Positions 51,464 to 64,000 of a stretch of DNA of 64,000 bases are shown here, piece after piece. The stretch covers positions 22,694,001 through 22,758,000 of the forward strand of contig NC_045697.1 of the NCBI RefSeq assembly GCF_009834535.1, read 5' to 3'. This stretch comes from Camelus ferus (taxonomy: Eukaryota). A program made the position numbers and the translations under genes. Every line of letters begins with the position of its first letter. Position 1 is the first letter of the stretch. Below the pieces are notes generated by a model. The model had not been told where the DNA came from, did no database searches, and saw only the letters and a list, made by a program, of their open reading frames with translations.

Positions 51464-52031
51464 TGGTATAGCCATTCCGACAGCTTTTAATCATATTTTC
51501 ATGTAGTTCTCATGGTCTTTCTGGACTCAACTCCACAACAGGGTCCTTAATACTGATGACTATCAGATGTTATCCTGACGCAATTAACAACCACAAATGC
51601 AGGTCACAGAACTCAAAATCTTAGCACCTCGTAACCTTTCTTTATAGGAGCCTGGGGGAATATCTTCATCTTGAGACAGACAGATTATTTCATTTACAGC
51701 AAACACCACGTCAACTTGCTCATATAATTATTCCCATAAACTGCTAGAAGATCAGGGTGACCTAGCTGTGCCCTGACTTCCCTCTTGGACGGACAGTATC
51801 AGTCTAGGAGCTGATTTTCAAAGCCATTGCTATTTTTAATCAAGCTCTCCAGTGTTTCCTTGGCTTATTCTACCACATCTGAATGAAACTCAGTGCCATA
51901 ATTTATTCCCCACAAATCTCTCCTACACAGGAGCCAGTTCATGTTTGAGGGATTGAATTTGTTTTCAACTGACCGGCTAGGTTTTCAGTTTACTCTGAAG
52001 AATGCACTGGGTGAGGCAGTCTGTCGACCTG

Positions 52032-52045
52032 CCTAAAGGGGGCGC
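52032..52045 (+). promoter_or_regulatory. Candidate CTCF site
   Basis: CCTAAAGGGGGCGC matches 11/14 positions of CCASYAGRKGGCRS, within a locally CpG-retaining patch. Confidence 0.45.
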
Positions 52046-53269
52046 ATGTGAGGCTCTAGGACTTGGCGGGCTCCTTGGAGGGCACCGACTTGGACGCTGA
52101 AGCTTGATCGTTTTATCATTTCGTGCTAAAAGATGCGTTCACGTTTTGAACCATATTCACTTTATTGACATGTAGTATCAACAAGAGGGAAACTAGACTG
52201 GAAAATGATAAACGAATATTTTTAAAGGCAATAAAAAATGATAGTGGTCTTTAGACTCACATTTGTTTTAATGTGTAAAAAAACCCAAAGTCTAAGAAAA
52301 TTAAAAAGCTATTAGAAATCTATCTACAAATTGACTGCAAACATCTAAAAACAATGTAGTGTCTGTAATTAACAGACAACATCCCCTCGCCAACCCCTCC
52401 ACAGCAAGTTTCCCAGTCATAACTGAGTATAATGTGGAATTAGCGGACCCGGTCTGAGCAGGGGGTCACCCAAAGCAGGACAGGGCAAGTTACACAGTCA
52501 AGGCCCCTGAACCATGAGACAGAGCTACCCTTATAATAAAATGGAACGGTAGGTACATTCTTAAAATACCCAAAGGCCTTTCTCATGCCAAGTGGCTAAT
52601 TAGTGTCCTTATTATTCTCCAGATCAAAACAGAAAACAAAACAAAGAAATTCCAAAATGTAGTATGAGGAACTGAGAGTAAGAAGGACAGGGAGCACTGG
52701 AACAAATCATGAAATCTGTGGTAAAAATGTTTTACTCGTTAAGCTTTTGTTTTCTTTCTCTATATCCCCCTGTATTTCTTTCTTTCTCATTTTTTTTCCA
52801 CTAATTTGATTTGAATGTTTATGTCTGTAAAAAGAGAGAAATTTTTAGCTCTTGAATACACCAAAGCCTGAAGAAAGTTACCAATTCACATTGTCTGTGA
52901 CCTTTATGAATTCAGTGTCTCCCTTCAGCAGGTTTCTGCCAATCTCATGTATACTTTATTAAGTGGTGATTTATTAAGTGGAAATATGTGATGTAACACC
53001 TCTTATCCATAATATCTGTTTCCTAGATATTTTTCAAAATCTTAGATCTCTTAGTGCAGGAAGCGGAAATAGATTTCTTCATTGAACACATTTTTTTCTC
53101 ATTCATTTACCAGTGCCAATGCGTTTGTCCTACAGCTTTTCAACATCCTCACCTCACTCTACAAAACCCACATCTTCCATCAAACTGTTGCCCTCTGGAA
53201 CTACTTTTCTGTTTCTCTTCCTTCTTTCACTGTCAATGTTTCTAATAAAAATGTGCTTCAATAAACTAA

Positions 53270-53500
53270 TAGCTAATATTTACTGAGTACTTATGAACCT
53301 GGGTGTGTCCTAACAGCTTATACATGTGTCATTCAATTTAATCCTCATTACAAGCCTATAAGACAAATAACTGTTACAGCTAATCTACCTGTTGGAAACT
53401 GAGGCACAGAGAAGGTAAGCACTTATTCTAAAGTTTCGCTCTCAGTTGGCGCTGGTACTTGGATTCTAACCAGAGTCTGAGTCTGCAGGCTGACCTAAAA
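53270..53500 (-). mobile_element. MIR SINE
   Basis: atttactgagtacttatg...tttaatcctcattacaagcc...ggaaactgaggcacagaga. Confidence 0.75.
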
Positions 53501-53589
53501 CCAATGTCAGTTTTACCACACATCCTCTAGTTAATGGCTTTTAATTTTTTCTTTAGTAAACACCTTATATAAAGCAAAACTTCAAAAAC

Positions 53590-54194
53590 TCCGGGATAGA
53601 AAAGGAAAAATAATTTTCCTTCTAGCTTTTGGAATTATTATCTGAGACCTCTGTAATAAAAGTCAGATTAACAGGAGAAAAAAACAAGTTTATTAACCTG
53701 AATCTCAGGTATGTGTGCAAGTTACCTAGGGGAAAATGATTAACTCCTCGAGGTAGATCAGAATTCAGAATAATATGCCATCATAAGAGGGAAGTGGGTG
53801 AGGAAATGTAGACCTCGTAGGCAAAAGTAAATAATTTTTAGGAAAGATTTATGGGCCCTTAGCAAAACAGATTGGAGGTGTGATAGCTTGTGACCAAATT
53901 TGTCCAGGTGTGATGTCAACTTCGAATCTCCTCTCTTATGAAAAATAGCTTGATCTTGCCTGATTGATAAAACTTTCAAAGAGGGGGTTATGACAACTGA
54001 ATTGCCTTTTTGGACCGATTTTTAGGCAGATGGGATGTTCCAAGAAAGCCTTTTCTGCATTTGCTGCTTTTTAAGTGTGTACAGCTCAAAAATAATAATA
54101 ATAATTAATCAATATACAAAGCAGCATGTTTTAGGGTGGCATGTCCTGAACCCTGGCAGCCATATTTTGGGGTGGCATGATCTGTTACTCTTCA
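53590..54194 (-). mobile_element. MER34-family-like ERV1 solo LTR
   Basis: cagattaacaggagaaaa...tttattaac...cagctcaaaataat...catattttggggtggcat...cttca. Confidence 0.7.
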
Positions 54195-55204
54195 CCAGTA
54201 AATGCCTCCGACACCAATTCAGTGTCACAGATTCACCTATTTTCCCATAATGCACCTTAGCTCAGTTTTCTGTATCCTTAATCCAGATTTTCCTTCTTGG
54301 TATTTTGTGTTTCGGATGATTCTTTTAACATTAAGTATGCTGATACTAAGTAACTTTACAATAAGTATTCTTTTTTCCCCTCGGTTTCCTCTTTCTCTTG
54401 GTACTCACTTCTTCAGGCCACACTTATATATACCCTCATCTTTCTCCATACATTCTAGCTTGCAATTTCATTGTCATTTCCAATTTCAAAATTACCTGTA
54501 TTATAATAATTCTCAAATTTATTTCTCAAGTTCTGCATTTTCTGAACTGGACATTATTATTATTATTATTAATCTTTGCTGAGCATTTGTAACATAGAGT
54601 AGGTCTGAGAGTTTCCTAAATGCACCAAGCTCACTCTTGTCTCCTTGCCTTTTCCTTTATCTCAACCAGCCTTGCCTTCAGCTCTCGTTTACCTGGCTAA
54701 CTTCCAATTATTTTCAAGATTCAACTGTAAATGTATGTCTACACTAGGAACCCTCTCTCACCTAACTTTCTGTGTCAAGATCTCTAATGATCCCAAAGTA
54801 TTTCCCTTCGATCCTCACTAAAAAAAATCCTGATTTTTCTGTGTGCAAACGCCTTCTAGAATAAAGAGGAGATTTCCCAAACTCCTTTCAAGTCAGGAGA
54901 GGTCATGTTATGATATTTGAATGAAAAATATGCAAGCAGACAAGTCTTTTGCGAGTTCTTCAAAGTTTCTTTCAGTTTAATCCTCACTACAAACCTTTGA
55001 ATTTGGACTGGCCCCTCTCAATACATTTATCCTTCTTGTTGGCTAGAATGCAGACATGAAGTCTAGAAACTGAGCAGCCGTATTGGGTCATGAGGCAGCA
55101 GCCAAACATGGAAGAGAAGCGAATCATCCACCATATTCTTTCCATTGTCTTCCGTGCTTTAGCTCCTTAATTTCTAACATTGTCAAACATACTGAATCAA
55201 TCCA

Positions 55205-55600
55205 AGTCAGCCTACGATGGTGACACAAAGTGACTCAATAGTAATTCCGTTTCCTAAACATGATAGAAATTTATTTCTCATTCTTCCAATTAATTTATGA
55301 TGGAAGCCCACATCCAGGGCATACCCTGCAGTCATTGGGTGACCCTGGGGTGCACTCTTGGGTCAAATCCTAGAGCACATGAATCTGTGCCAGTTTGACC
55401 AACTCAGTCACAACACACCCATTTCCAGATTTTTCTGGCCAAGACTGAAAGACAGACAAATCCCTTTTGCTTACCATGGCACTTGGCAAATGTGTCACAC
55501 AGCTACACCCAACTACAAGGGAAGGTTGCAAATGCAGGATCCACATATACTCAGGAAGAAGCAGGGAGGATTTAGGAACCCAGCTAGCAGCCTGCAGACT
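55205..55600 (-). mobile_element. MLT1J-like MaLR LTR
   Basis: gatagaaatttatttctc...gtcacacagctacacccaactacaagggaagg...cagctagcag. Confidence 0.55.
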
Positions 55601-57112
55601 GTGTGCTATAGCCTTTTACTTATTTATTTGATTTTAATTTTCTCACTCAACATTTGACTGAGATCTCCACAAAGGCAGAGAATTTGTTCTTTTTGGTAGT
55701 GTTCCTCCAGTGTCTAGAAAAGCATTAGATACATAGTAGTTACTCAATTGATATTTGTTACATAAATGAATCAATCAGTGAATTCATACACCGCCTAGAT
55801 TTTGTCAATGTTTCTGGCACCTGCATACTGGAATTTAGGCATTGTAGGTTTCAGTTTCAGAGTCTAAGAAAATGATGAACTAATCAAAGGCATTTTAGAC
55901 ACCTTAGATTTAGAGATGTTTTAATGTTATGGGCTTCTGGGTTGATGTATTATGAAACTAATCCTCTGCTTTAGAACATTCTGAACACTTTTTGATAGGA
56001 TTTAAACTCAGGTGCTTTGATATATCCATTATAAGCAGCCTTTTAAATTGCATTATAACCCTCTGGAAATATATTCTAATTGAATGAAAAATGTTTCATT
56101 GTGTTCTTAATTTATGCTCTCCAGAAAAAAATGTTTAGACATTAAACTGCTAATGCTTTGTTTCCCAGAATTGCTATTAGTATTTATTATCAGAGTAGAC
56201 CCTCAGTAATTTACACTAATAACTGAGAGACTCACTAGAGATTACTGAATTTGGCAGATTAGTTAGTGAACAAATAAATATGAAAAACATCAACAGTGCT
56301 GTACCACAAAATGTGCTTTATTCATTATTTTGATAAGTGTAGTTTAATTATAATCATCTATGGTAGTGTTTCACAGTATGCTAATAAACACATTGCCATA
56401 TCTTATGAAATTAATGAGATCTTAGAAGAAAAATTATTTGCTAAATTTAATCCCAATTTTTGGAGAAAAGTATAAGTCTATGATTTAGCATGTTTTGTAT
56501 TACTTTCAGTCCAGAAAACTATATATCATATTATGATATAATTTTAGTCATTCTTATTGCTTATGGCCTATATCCCCTAATAGAATATAAGGTTCACAAG
56601 AGTAAATTTGCCTTATTTCACACACATTGTACGTATTATGCACAGGTATGTATTTAAGGGTATGTTGTGTATGTATATAACACTTTGTAAATGGAAATAT
56701 CTCAGATATAAATTTCAAAGTCCCATTCAGTTTGAACACACATTTTGACCTCTGTCTCTGATCGCCTATGCTTTTAGAGGCCATAGGAGAAAAATTAGGT
56801 ATTTATTTCCATTATTAATAATTTCTGATCACTTCTCTTTTGATGTTGAGATACCATGATTGGAAATACTTAAAATAATTGCTAAATTGTGAAAGGGCTG
56901 GTCAAAAGGACCAAAAAAAGTTTTGATGTTTTTGTTTTGTTTTGTTTTCCCTGCAGAGTACTCCAAGCACACCAGTAGCTTTCTATCACACTTGATAATT
57001 CCTAGTTTAAAAAGGAGTAATTGATTTCTGTACCAACCCAGATTTACTGATTGGTTGATTCAATCAATTGATATTTAAGAGATCACCTGTTCAGCTCTTG
57101 TTTAATATAAAT

Positions 57113-57495
57113 AAACAGAGAAAAGAAATATACCACATGATATCACTTATATATGGAATAAAAAAAACAAATAAATTTATTTATAAAACAGAAACAAACT
57201 CACAGACATAGAAAAAAACTTATGCTTAGTAGGGTAGGAAGAGGGTGGGACGGGATAAATTGGGAGCCTAAGATTTGCAGATACTAACACTACTATGTAT
57301 AAAATAGATAAATAACAAGTTTATACTGTATAGCACAGGGAACTATATTCAATATCTCACAGTAACCTGTAATGAAAAAGAATACAAAAATGAATATATG
57401 TATGTATGTACATGACTGAAACACCATGCTCAACATCAGAAATTAGCACAACACTGTAAACCGACTATACTTCAATTTTTAAAAAATTTAAAAAA
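57113..57495 (+). mobile_element. Camelid-type L1 3' end (ORF2 tail and 3'UTR)
   Basis: atgatatcacttatatatggaat...actcacagacatagaaa...tgtatagcacagggaactatattcaatatc...gactatacttcaat, A-tail. Confidence 0.88.
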
Positions 57496-60400
57496 GAAAC
57501 AAAGACCTTTGGCTTCATAGAGCCTGTTTTCTAGTTGGGGGACAGACAATAAATGATATATATAATTAAAATAATTACTGGCTATACAGTAATATGTGAT
57601 GAGATGACAAATAAAGCAAGGAAGATAAGAAGTTGTATTGGGGGCAATTGCAGGGAAGGAAACCAATGAGAAATGACCTGAAGGGAGTGAGGGAGTAAAC
57701 TGTGCTTCAGTCTCAAAGAAGAGCCTGCCAGCCAAAGCCACAGCAGGGCACAGGTTCCGAGGAAGGGACTGTCATGCTGTGTTTGAGCAAACAGGAGTCC
57801 AGTGTTACTGGAAACTAGTGTGTAAGAAGGAAATGAGCAGGAGCTGCGTCAGTGAAATTACTGGAGTCAGAGAGATGGGTATAAAACCTTATTTTTTCTT
57901 AGAATACCATCATAATTCATGGTTCTCAAATTTCCAAGAGCCCTTGATGTCATACCTGGGAGGTGGGTGGGGTGTGTGTAGAATTCAGCTTTACACAGAA
58001 TTGAGACACACAAGGAATCTCACAAGGTAATAATAAGAAACAAGGGCTTCCATTGTGTGACTTTCAAATCCTCAGCTCTACTTTGCTATAAATGTTATTA
58101 ATTTTTCAACTGTTTCTAGAATTAGTAGTACATATTTTATAAAGTCAGACAGACTAGAAAGCCAGATTTACAAACTAAATTGGCATATTAAAGAGTTAGA
58201 TTTGTTCAAAAAATTATCTTACCAAAGAATCAAGGTTTACAATCAACTTAGTTAAAATATATAATATTATTTTATTATTGTATTTTCACACAAAGTAGGG
58301 AAAAACCTCTTAATTTCTAAAGTCAGATCATATGGCACAGAATAATGAATTAAATTATACCAAAGTTAAAGACTTCTGTCTTATAAACACTAAACGTAAG
58401 AGAAGATGGCAAAATGAGAGAAGACATTTACAATTTTAAAAGTCTTTAAGTTCTTGCTATCATATATATCAGCAACAAGAAGAAACATCAATCCTAATAG
58501 AAAAATGTGTGAAAAATAAGAACATTACAATTTATGCAAGTAAGGAAATCTATGGGAAAAGAAACAAAATGTTAATATGATTTTGAAGAAATGCTTAGAA
58601 TGCTTGGAAATCAGAGGTATGAAATTTATGTTATGATGGAGAAGACCTATTAGGCTACTGGAGCAGCAAAAATTAGGAAACTAGATGGTACCATAAATAT
58701 TCATGTCCTACTGCTGAGGATGAAGGCTTGTGAAGAAATTTTGAATAACCTAGTACATCTACTCATATCCATGTAAGTTTATTGTAGAAATTCCAATCAT
58801 TAATTTATATCCTGAAGCAGTTTTTTCGTATTTCACAGGAGGACAGATAGGAAAATGTTTATGGCATTAATATCCGATAAGACACACGTCTTACATAGCC
58901 ACCACTGGATGCATATCATGGAGTAATGTGTACAAATTTGAAGCAACTATGTAGCAACTTGGATGTATATTTTTAAAAAATAATACTGAATGAATACAAA
59001 ATGGGAAATTACAGTAACATTTATGGAATTATAAAGTTATTTCCATTGAAAGCAATTTTTCAGGAACACATGTAAATAAGACGGAGAACAAGGAAGTGAG
59101 ATATGGTAGCTAGAAATATTTTTTAATTACTATTTTATTAACTCTATATCATTAAATGTTACCTAAAAAGATAGCTAATGAAGTGTCATCCATAGCAGAT
59201 TTACAAATTTGTCTTATTCGTAGAACCCACCATAACATTTTTGCCTTTACAATATATATGTTTTGTGTACACACATAATTTATCTAAATATTTACAAAAA
59301 TTTCAGTATATTAAAGAAAATCATTAAATTAACATAATAAAGGAGATAAATTGACTTATGTTCATTGCAATATGATCATGTTTAAAAGCAAATTTAAAAA
59401 TAAAATAGTCTAAAATTGATAAATACTATCTATTAGAAGCTTATAGAAAATACATTTTTATGTTTTAACCTCAGAACTACCCCAGTAACAAGAAGGTTTC
59501 TTAGTGTGACTATTCTTCACAGTTTTACTAGTAATCATATTCATTGCAATAAGACAAGAATAAAATAAGAAAAAATAATCAATAATTATAGATTATCTCT
59601 ATCTCAGTAGATTACTTGGGCATTCAATTAGTAACTCATCTTCCTCACCTGACTGCTGAAGATATTGAGAGAGAAACAGGAATGTAACAGATTGAGAGAG
59701 AAATATAGCACCTTTACTACCAAGAAACTTGATACTGGAGAACGGTGGATGGTGGTTCTAATTACAGTATATGCCATTGCTTTTGCAGAAACTTAGAAAT
59801 AGATTTACACACCTTGTCAGAAGTCATGCTGTGCTTCGGCTTGGGCAGAGCTTATACCCTGAGCTTACCAAGTGACTAAGTGCAATTAAGGGAAACACTG
59901 CATGTATAAATATGTATGTATACACTCCCTCTCAAGAGAAATCAACTAATATATGATACACATTTTCTTTTTCCAAACTTATCACACAGATTAAGTTATT
60001 TTTCCCCTGCAAATGAAAGAATAAGAGGCCAAAGGAAGTCCAGGAGTGTTATTCTGGGAGAGCCACTTGTAAATGTAAGGACATATTTTCAGAGGAAAGA
60101 AGATATTCTCCCTAAAAATTGTCTCCTTATTTAAAAAAAAATCAAAGTATTCAAATAAGATAGTAAAAAAAAATGAAAATATGGGCAGATACAAGTGGTA
60201 GATATAGAAAAACATCTTGATACTGGCTATAAATTTAAAAACATAGTGAAAATAAAAGGGCCTATTCATAATAGCACAAAAGCTGTAAAATATCTAGTAA
60301 TGGACTGATAAGTCTAGGCTAGAAATATATAAAATTTTATTAAAGAATATAAAATGACCCAAATGATATTATACCGTTTCCTTGTATAAGAAAATTTAAA

Positions 60401-60529
60401 GTTGTAAACATGTGAATTGTCTCCAAATTAATCTGTACTTAAATATAATTCCCAAGCTATTTCCAATAGGTTCATCGTGTGACAACTGACAGATTTGCCT
60501 GCCTATTTAGTGGATGGGTAAATGTTCAC

Positions 60530-60787
60530 AGGCCGGAAACTCAGCAGGAGCTGATGCTGTAATCTGAAAGTATTCTCTGCAAAACCTTAGTTTGTACTCT
60601 TAAGTCTTTCAACACTTGCATGAAACCTACCACACTTTAGAGGATAATCTCCTTTACTTAAAGGCAATTAATTTATAGGTGTTAGCCACATCTTCAGAAA
60701 AGTTTTAGAGAAACACCTAGATATGTATTTGATTGAATAACTGGGGACTATAGCCTAGGCACTTGGTGTATGAAATTAACCATCACA
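60530..60787 (-). mobile_element. MLT2D-like ERVL LTR fragment
   Basis: gaggataatctcctttacttaaag...aacacctagat...ataactggggactatagcctag...aaattaaccatcaca. Confidence 0.75.
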
Positions 60788-61239
60788 TCTTATAAAGAGA
60801 AAGGGACTCAGAATAGCCATAAATATTTTGAGGAATGAATAAAGACAGGGCATTTTTTTCATCTCATCTAAATTCTTATGGAATATAACACTATTGTGTT
60901 GGGTACAAATAGACAAGTAATTAGTGAGATAACAGAATTAATAATATATGATGTTATAATACATGATTTCAAAACAGTGGATAAGAGATGGACTATTCAA
61001 TGAGTGTTATTGGAATAATAAAATATATTGATGTTATAATAATATGATATATTTATGTTATATAATAGGAAATATATCAGTATATTATATTAATATAATA
61101 CTTTATATATGACATTTTAAATTGTATATATGAAGAAATACTCCTGATTAAATAAGGTCTCTATATAATATATAAAAATAAAGCTGTAAACTTAAAAATG
61201 AAAATGGACTTTAAATGAAAGTTTGAAGTAATTGTAGTC

Positions 61240-61657
61240 ACACTAGATTATGTATTTTAAATTCTTCCCTCTCTACCTGTGTTTGTCTTGATTTTGGTGT
61301 TGGCAGTGTGTACTTATTTGATCATTTTATTTGAATAGATCACGTGACTTGATTTTGTCAATGGAAAATTAGCGGGAAAAATATGAGCAAGGATTTTACA
61401 CGTGATTGTTCAGTTTCTTTCCTGCTTCTGCATCTACCACGGGAAGAACATGTCCAGGGAAACTTTGACTCTAGAAGGAAGAATTACTTAGAGTCGGTTT
61501 GAACCTAATCTATAACTTAGAACAAAACAAATGAATCACAGGTTAATTTAGCAGGATTCCTGCTGACTCACAGACCCATGTACATGAAAAGTAAATGTGC
61601 CTGAGATTGTGAAGTTGTTTGTAGCATAGATTTATTACTGTAGTAGTGAATTGATAC
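61240..61657 (+). mobile_element. MLT1I/J-like MaLR LTR
   Basis: cacgtgacttg...caatggaa...gggaagaacatg...cacagacccatg...tgataca. Confidence 0.55.
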
Positions 61658-62454
61658 ATTATAGAAAATATTAAAGAATGTATGTGTGTTTGTGTTGTGA
61701 GATTTACTTACAGAATAAAGAATGCTTTTCTAAGCCAAAAAATAAAAACAAAGCAAAGACAAAATAATATTTACCTTTTTACAGATATAATATATCAATG
61801 AAATAAAATAAAAATCAAGTCAAAATGATGTAATAGGCAATGAAGAACTATGTAACATACACAGAAATAAATTGATATGAAATGCAAAGAACTCCTGCTG
61901 TTTTCAAAGAGAAAATGACAGAAAAGGAAAAATTGTCAAAAACATTAAGATAAATGCAGAATTATTAGCAGAGAAAATGTATTAAATATTCTCATTTTGT
62001 GATACTAAACATCTGTACTATAAAAAGTAAAATAAAATATTTCCATTTTTCCTTCAGAATGGGAAAAATAAAATAAAATGAAAATAAGTTTTAACAAAGT
62101 TAAAGAGAGACAGAAACATTTATCTGTCTGGGAAATATTAATTTTATAGTAATTTGGAGTATCTATTTATATTTAAATAATATACATCTGATCTAGAAAT
62201 TTTATTTCTAAAAATGATCCTACCAAAGCCTTAGTATTTATGCTTAGAAATTTTATACAAAGGGGTTTATATTGTGTATCAGAGTAAAGCAATGGAAACA
62301 ATATAGACGTACATCAATTAATGAATGATTTTTTAAAGACACAATCCCCATTGATTTATTGTAAGCAAGTTATATAAGTTGCTATTTCTTTGAACAAAAA
62401 GAAGGAAAAATTAATATGGTACTGACTGGTAAGAATTTCTTTTGCATTAGCATC

Positions 62455-62897
62455 TTTTTAAAAAATATATTGAACTATAGCTGCTGTACAATACTGTATA
62501 AGCTACAGGTGTACTATATAGTGATTCACAATTTTTAAAGATTCTACTCCATTTATAGTTATTATAAAATATTGGCTATATCCCCATGTTGTAAAATATA
62601 TCCTTATAGCTTATTTTATACATAATGGTTTGTACCTTTCACTTCCCTACCCCTAAATAGTACCCCCTTCCCTCTCCCCACAGGTAACCACTAGTTTGTT
62701 CTCTATATCTGTGAGTCTGCTTTTTTTGTTATATTCACTGGTTTGTTGTAATTTTTAGGTTCCACATATAAGTGATATCATACAGTATTTGTCTTTCTCT
62801 GTCTGACTTACTTCACTTAGCATAATGCCCTCCAGATCCATCCATGTTGCTGCAGATGGGAAAATTTCATTCCTTTATTATGGCCGAGTGATATTCT

Positions 62898-62962
<65 letters not shown>

Positions 62963-63022
62963 CGCATCTTCTTCATCTATTCATCTGTTGACAGACATTT
63001 AGATTACTTCCATATCTTAGCA
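62455..63022 (-). mobile_element. Cetartiodactyl L1 3' end, same subfamily as 24263-24685; L1MA9-like piece follows at about 63035-63240
   Basis: attctactccatttatagttattataaaatattggctata...ggtaaccactagtttgttctctatatctgtgagtctg...cacttagcataatgccctccagatccatccatgttg. Confidence 0.88.
62901..62958. repeat. Compound microsatellite (GT)16(AT)13 inside L1
   Basis: Read directly from the sequence. Confidence 0.95.
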
Positions 63023-64000
63023 TTTTTAATTAACTATTTTCCAGCCTTATTGAGATATAGTTCACTCAACATAGTGAGTTTAAGGTGTACAATATGCTGA
63101 TTTGGTACATTTATGGATTGCAAAATGATTACTACCATAGTATTAGCCACCACCTGCATCCTGCACACAGTTGCCATTTCTTTTTTTGTGCTGGGACATT
63201 TAAGATCTACTCTCGTAGCAAGTAAATGTTTAATTATGGCATATTCAACATTACAATGTCTGGTGCAGAGTGCACGTTCAATAAAAATCAGTGATTATTA
63301 TAAATCAATAAAAATAAGCCAGTAAATTAGGCTTAATTGATTAATAAATATTTGGTTTACTATTTGTGAACATGAATTTAAGTAAAGTTTAAAATCTTAT
63401 TTTCTCTATTGAAATCCTTCCTGAATTGATTTGTACATTAAATGTGATCACAAATAAAATCCTACAAGGCTTTTTTTGCAAACATTGACAAGCTGATTCT
63501 GAAATTTGTAGAGAAATGCAAATGATCTGGAATAGCCCAATAACTTTGAAAGAAAGGGGTCGAAGTTGGAAAAACTTATATTATCCAATTTTAGCACTTA
63601 TTACAAAACTAAAGTATTAAAGTGTAGTGACAGACAATAAATGAGACAGAGGAGTCCAAAAATAGACTTACATATATCTGATCAATTGATTTTCAACAAA
63701 ATGTGCACAACTGAATGGCTAAAGCATAATCTTCAAAAATGATATTAAAACAATTGGCTAGTCATATGCAAAAAAAATATTTTCAATCTATACCTTGCAT
63801 TATATAAAATTCAAAAGCCAGGTTATTCCCCATTTTAAAACATTACTATTGTAATGGGCCCAGTTTGGAATCTTTATTATGAATTTGTTACTGAGATGTT
63901 CCAATTGGTACAATGAGGGAAAAAAAGAGGGGCAAGACACCCCACAGTTTTATTTTACTTTTATTATTTGTTTTTATGAAGCCTGAGAGAAGTAATAGTG

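Larger units (their letters stand above)
58300..63830 (+). mobile_element. Fragmented ancient L1 (L1ME/L1MC-like) ORF2 and 3' pieces interrupted by younger insertions
   Basis: A-rich degenerate ORF2 tracts, e.g. attgacaagctgattctgaaattt...atctgatcaattgattttcaacaaa (63484-63700). Confidence 0.6.

Noticed and set aside
54202..54592. 126-aa hydrophobic ORF
   Set aside because: T-rich low-complexity or old-repeat sequence yields F/L/I/S-rich pseudo-transmembrane peptides.
59832..59858. gtgcttcggcttgggcagagcttatac, loosely like the U6 snRNA 5' end
   Set aside because: Needs several gaps and mismatches in under 30 nt and the similarity does not continue.
1..64000. CRISPR arrays, prokaryotic operons or non-retroviral viral insertions
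   Set aside because: Mammalian repeat content throughout; no regularly spaced repeats or long viral-like ORFs seen.

Overview
AT-rich eutherian genomic DNA, very probably camelid (a Vic-1-type tRNA SINE is present; no Alu, Bov-tA, ART2A or PRE1 seen). It is dense in old interspersed repeats (MaLR/ERV LTRs, L1, L2, MIR, MER58). No intact protein-coding gene is supported, and the listed ORFs are mostly spurious or L1-derived. The main hidden signal is on the + strand: seven splice-bounded, frameshifted or stop-containing segments spread over 47 kb. In colinear order they translate to Ser/Thr kinase subdomains II-III, IV-VII, VIII, IX and X-XI, followed by two segments resembling the KEN endoribonuclease domain. 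This reads as a decayed, intron-containing gene of the IRE1/RNase L architectural type that does not look like ERN1, ERN2 or RNASEL. Its 5' part would lie upstream of the window. Family comparisons were made by eye against reference sequences recalled from memory and need HMM/tBLASTn confirmation. Repeat subfamily names and boundaries are approximate.
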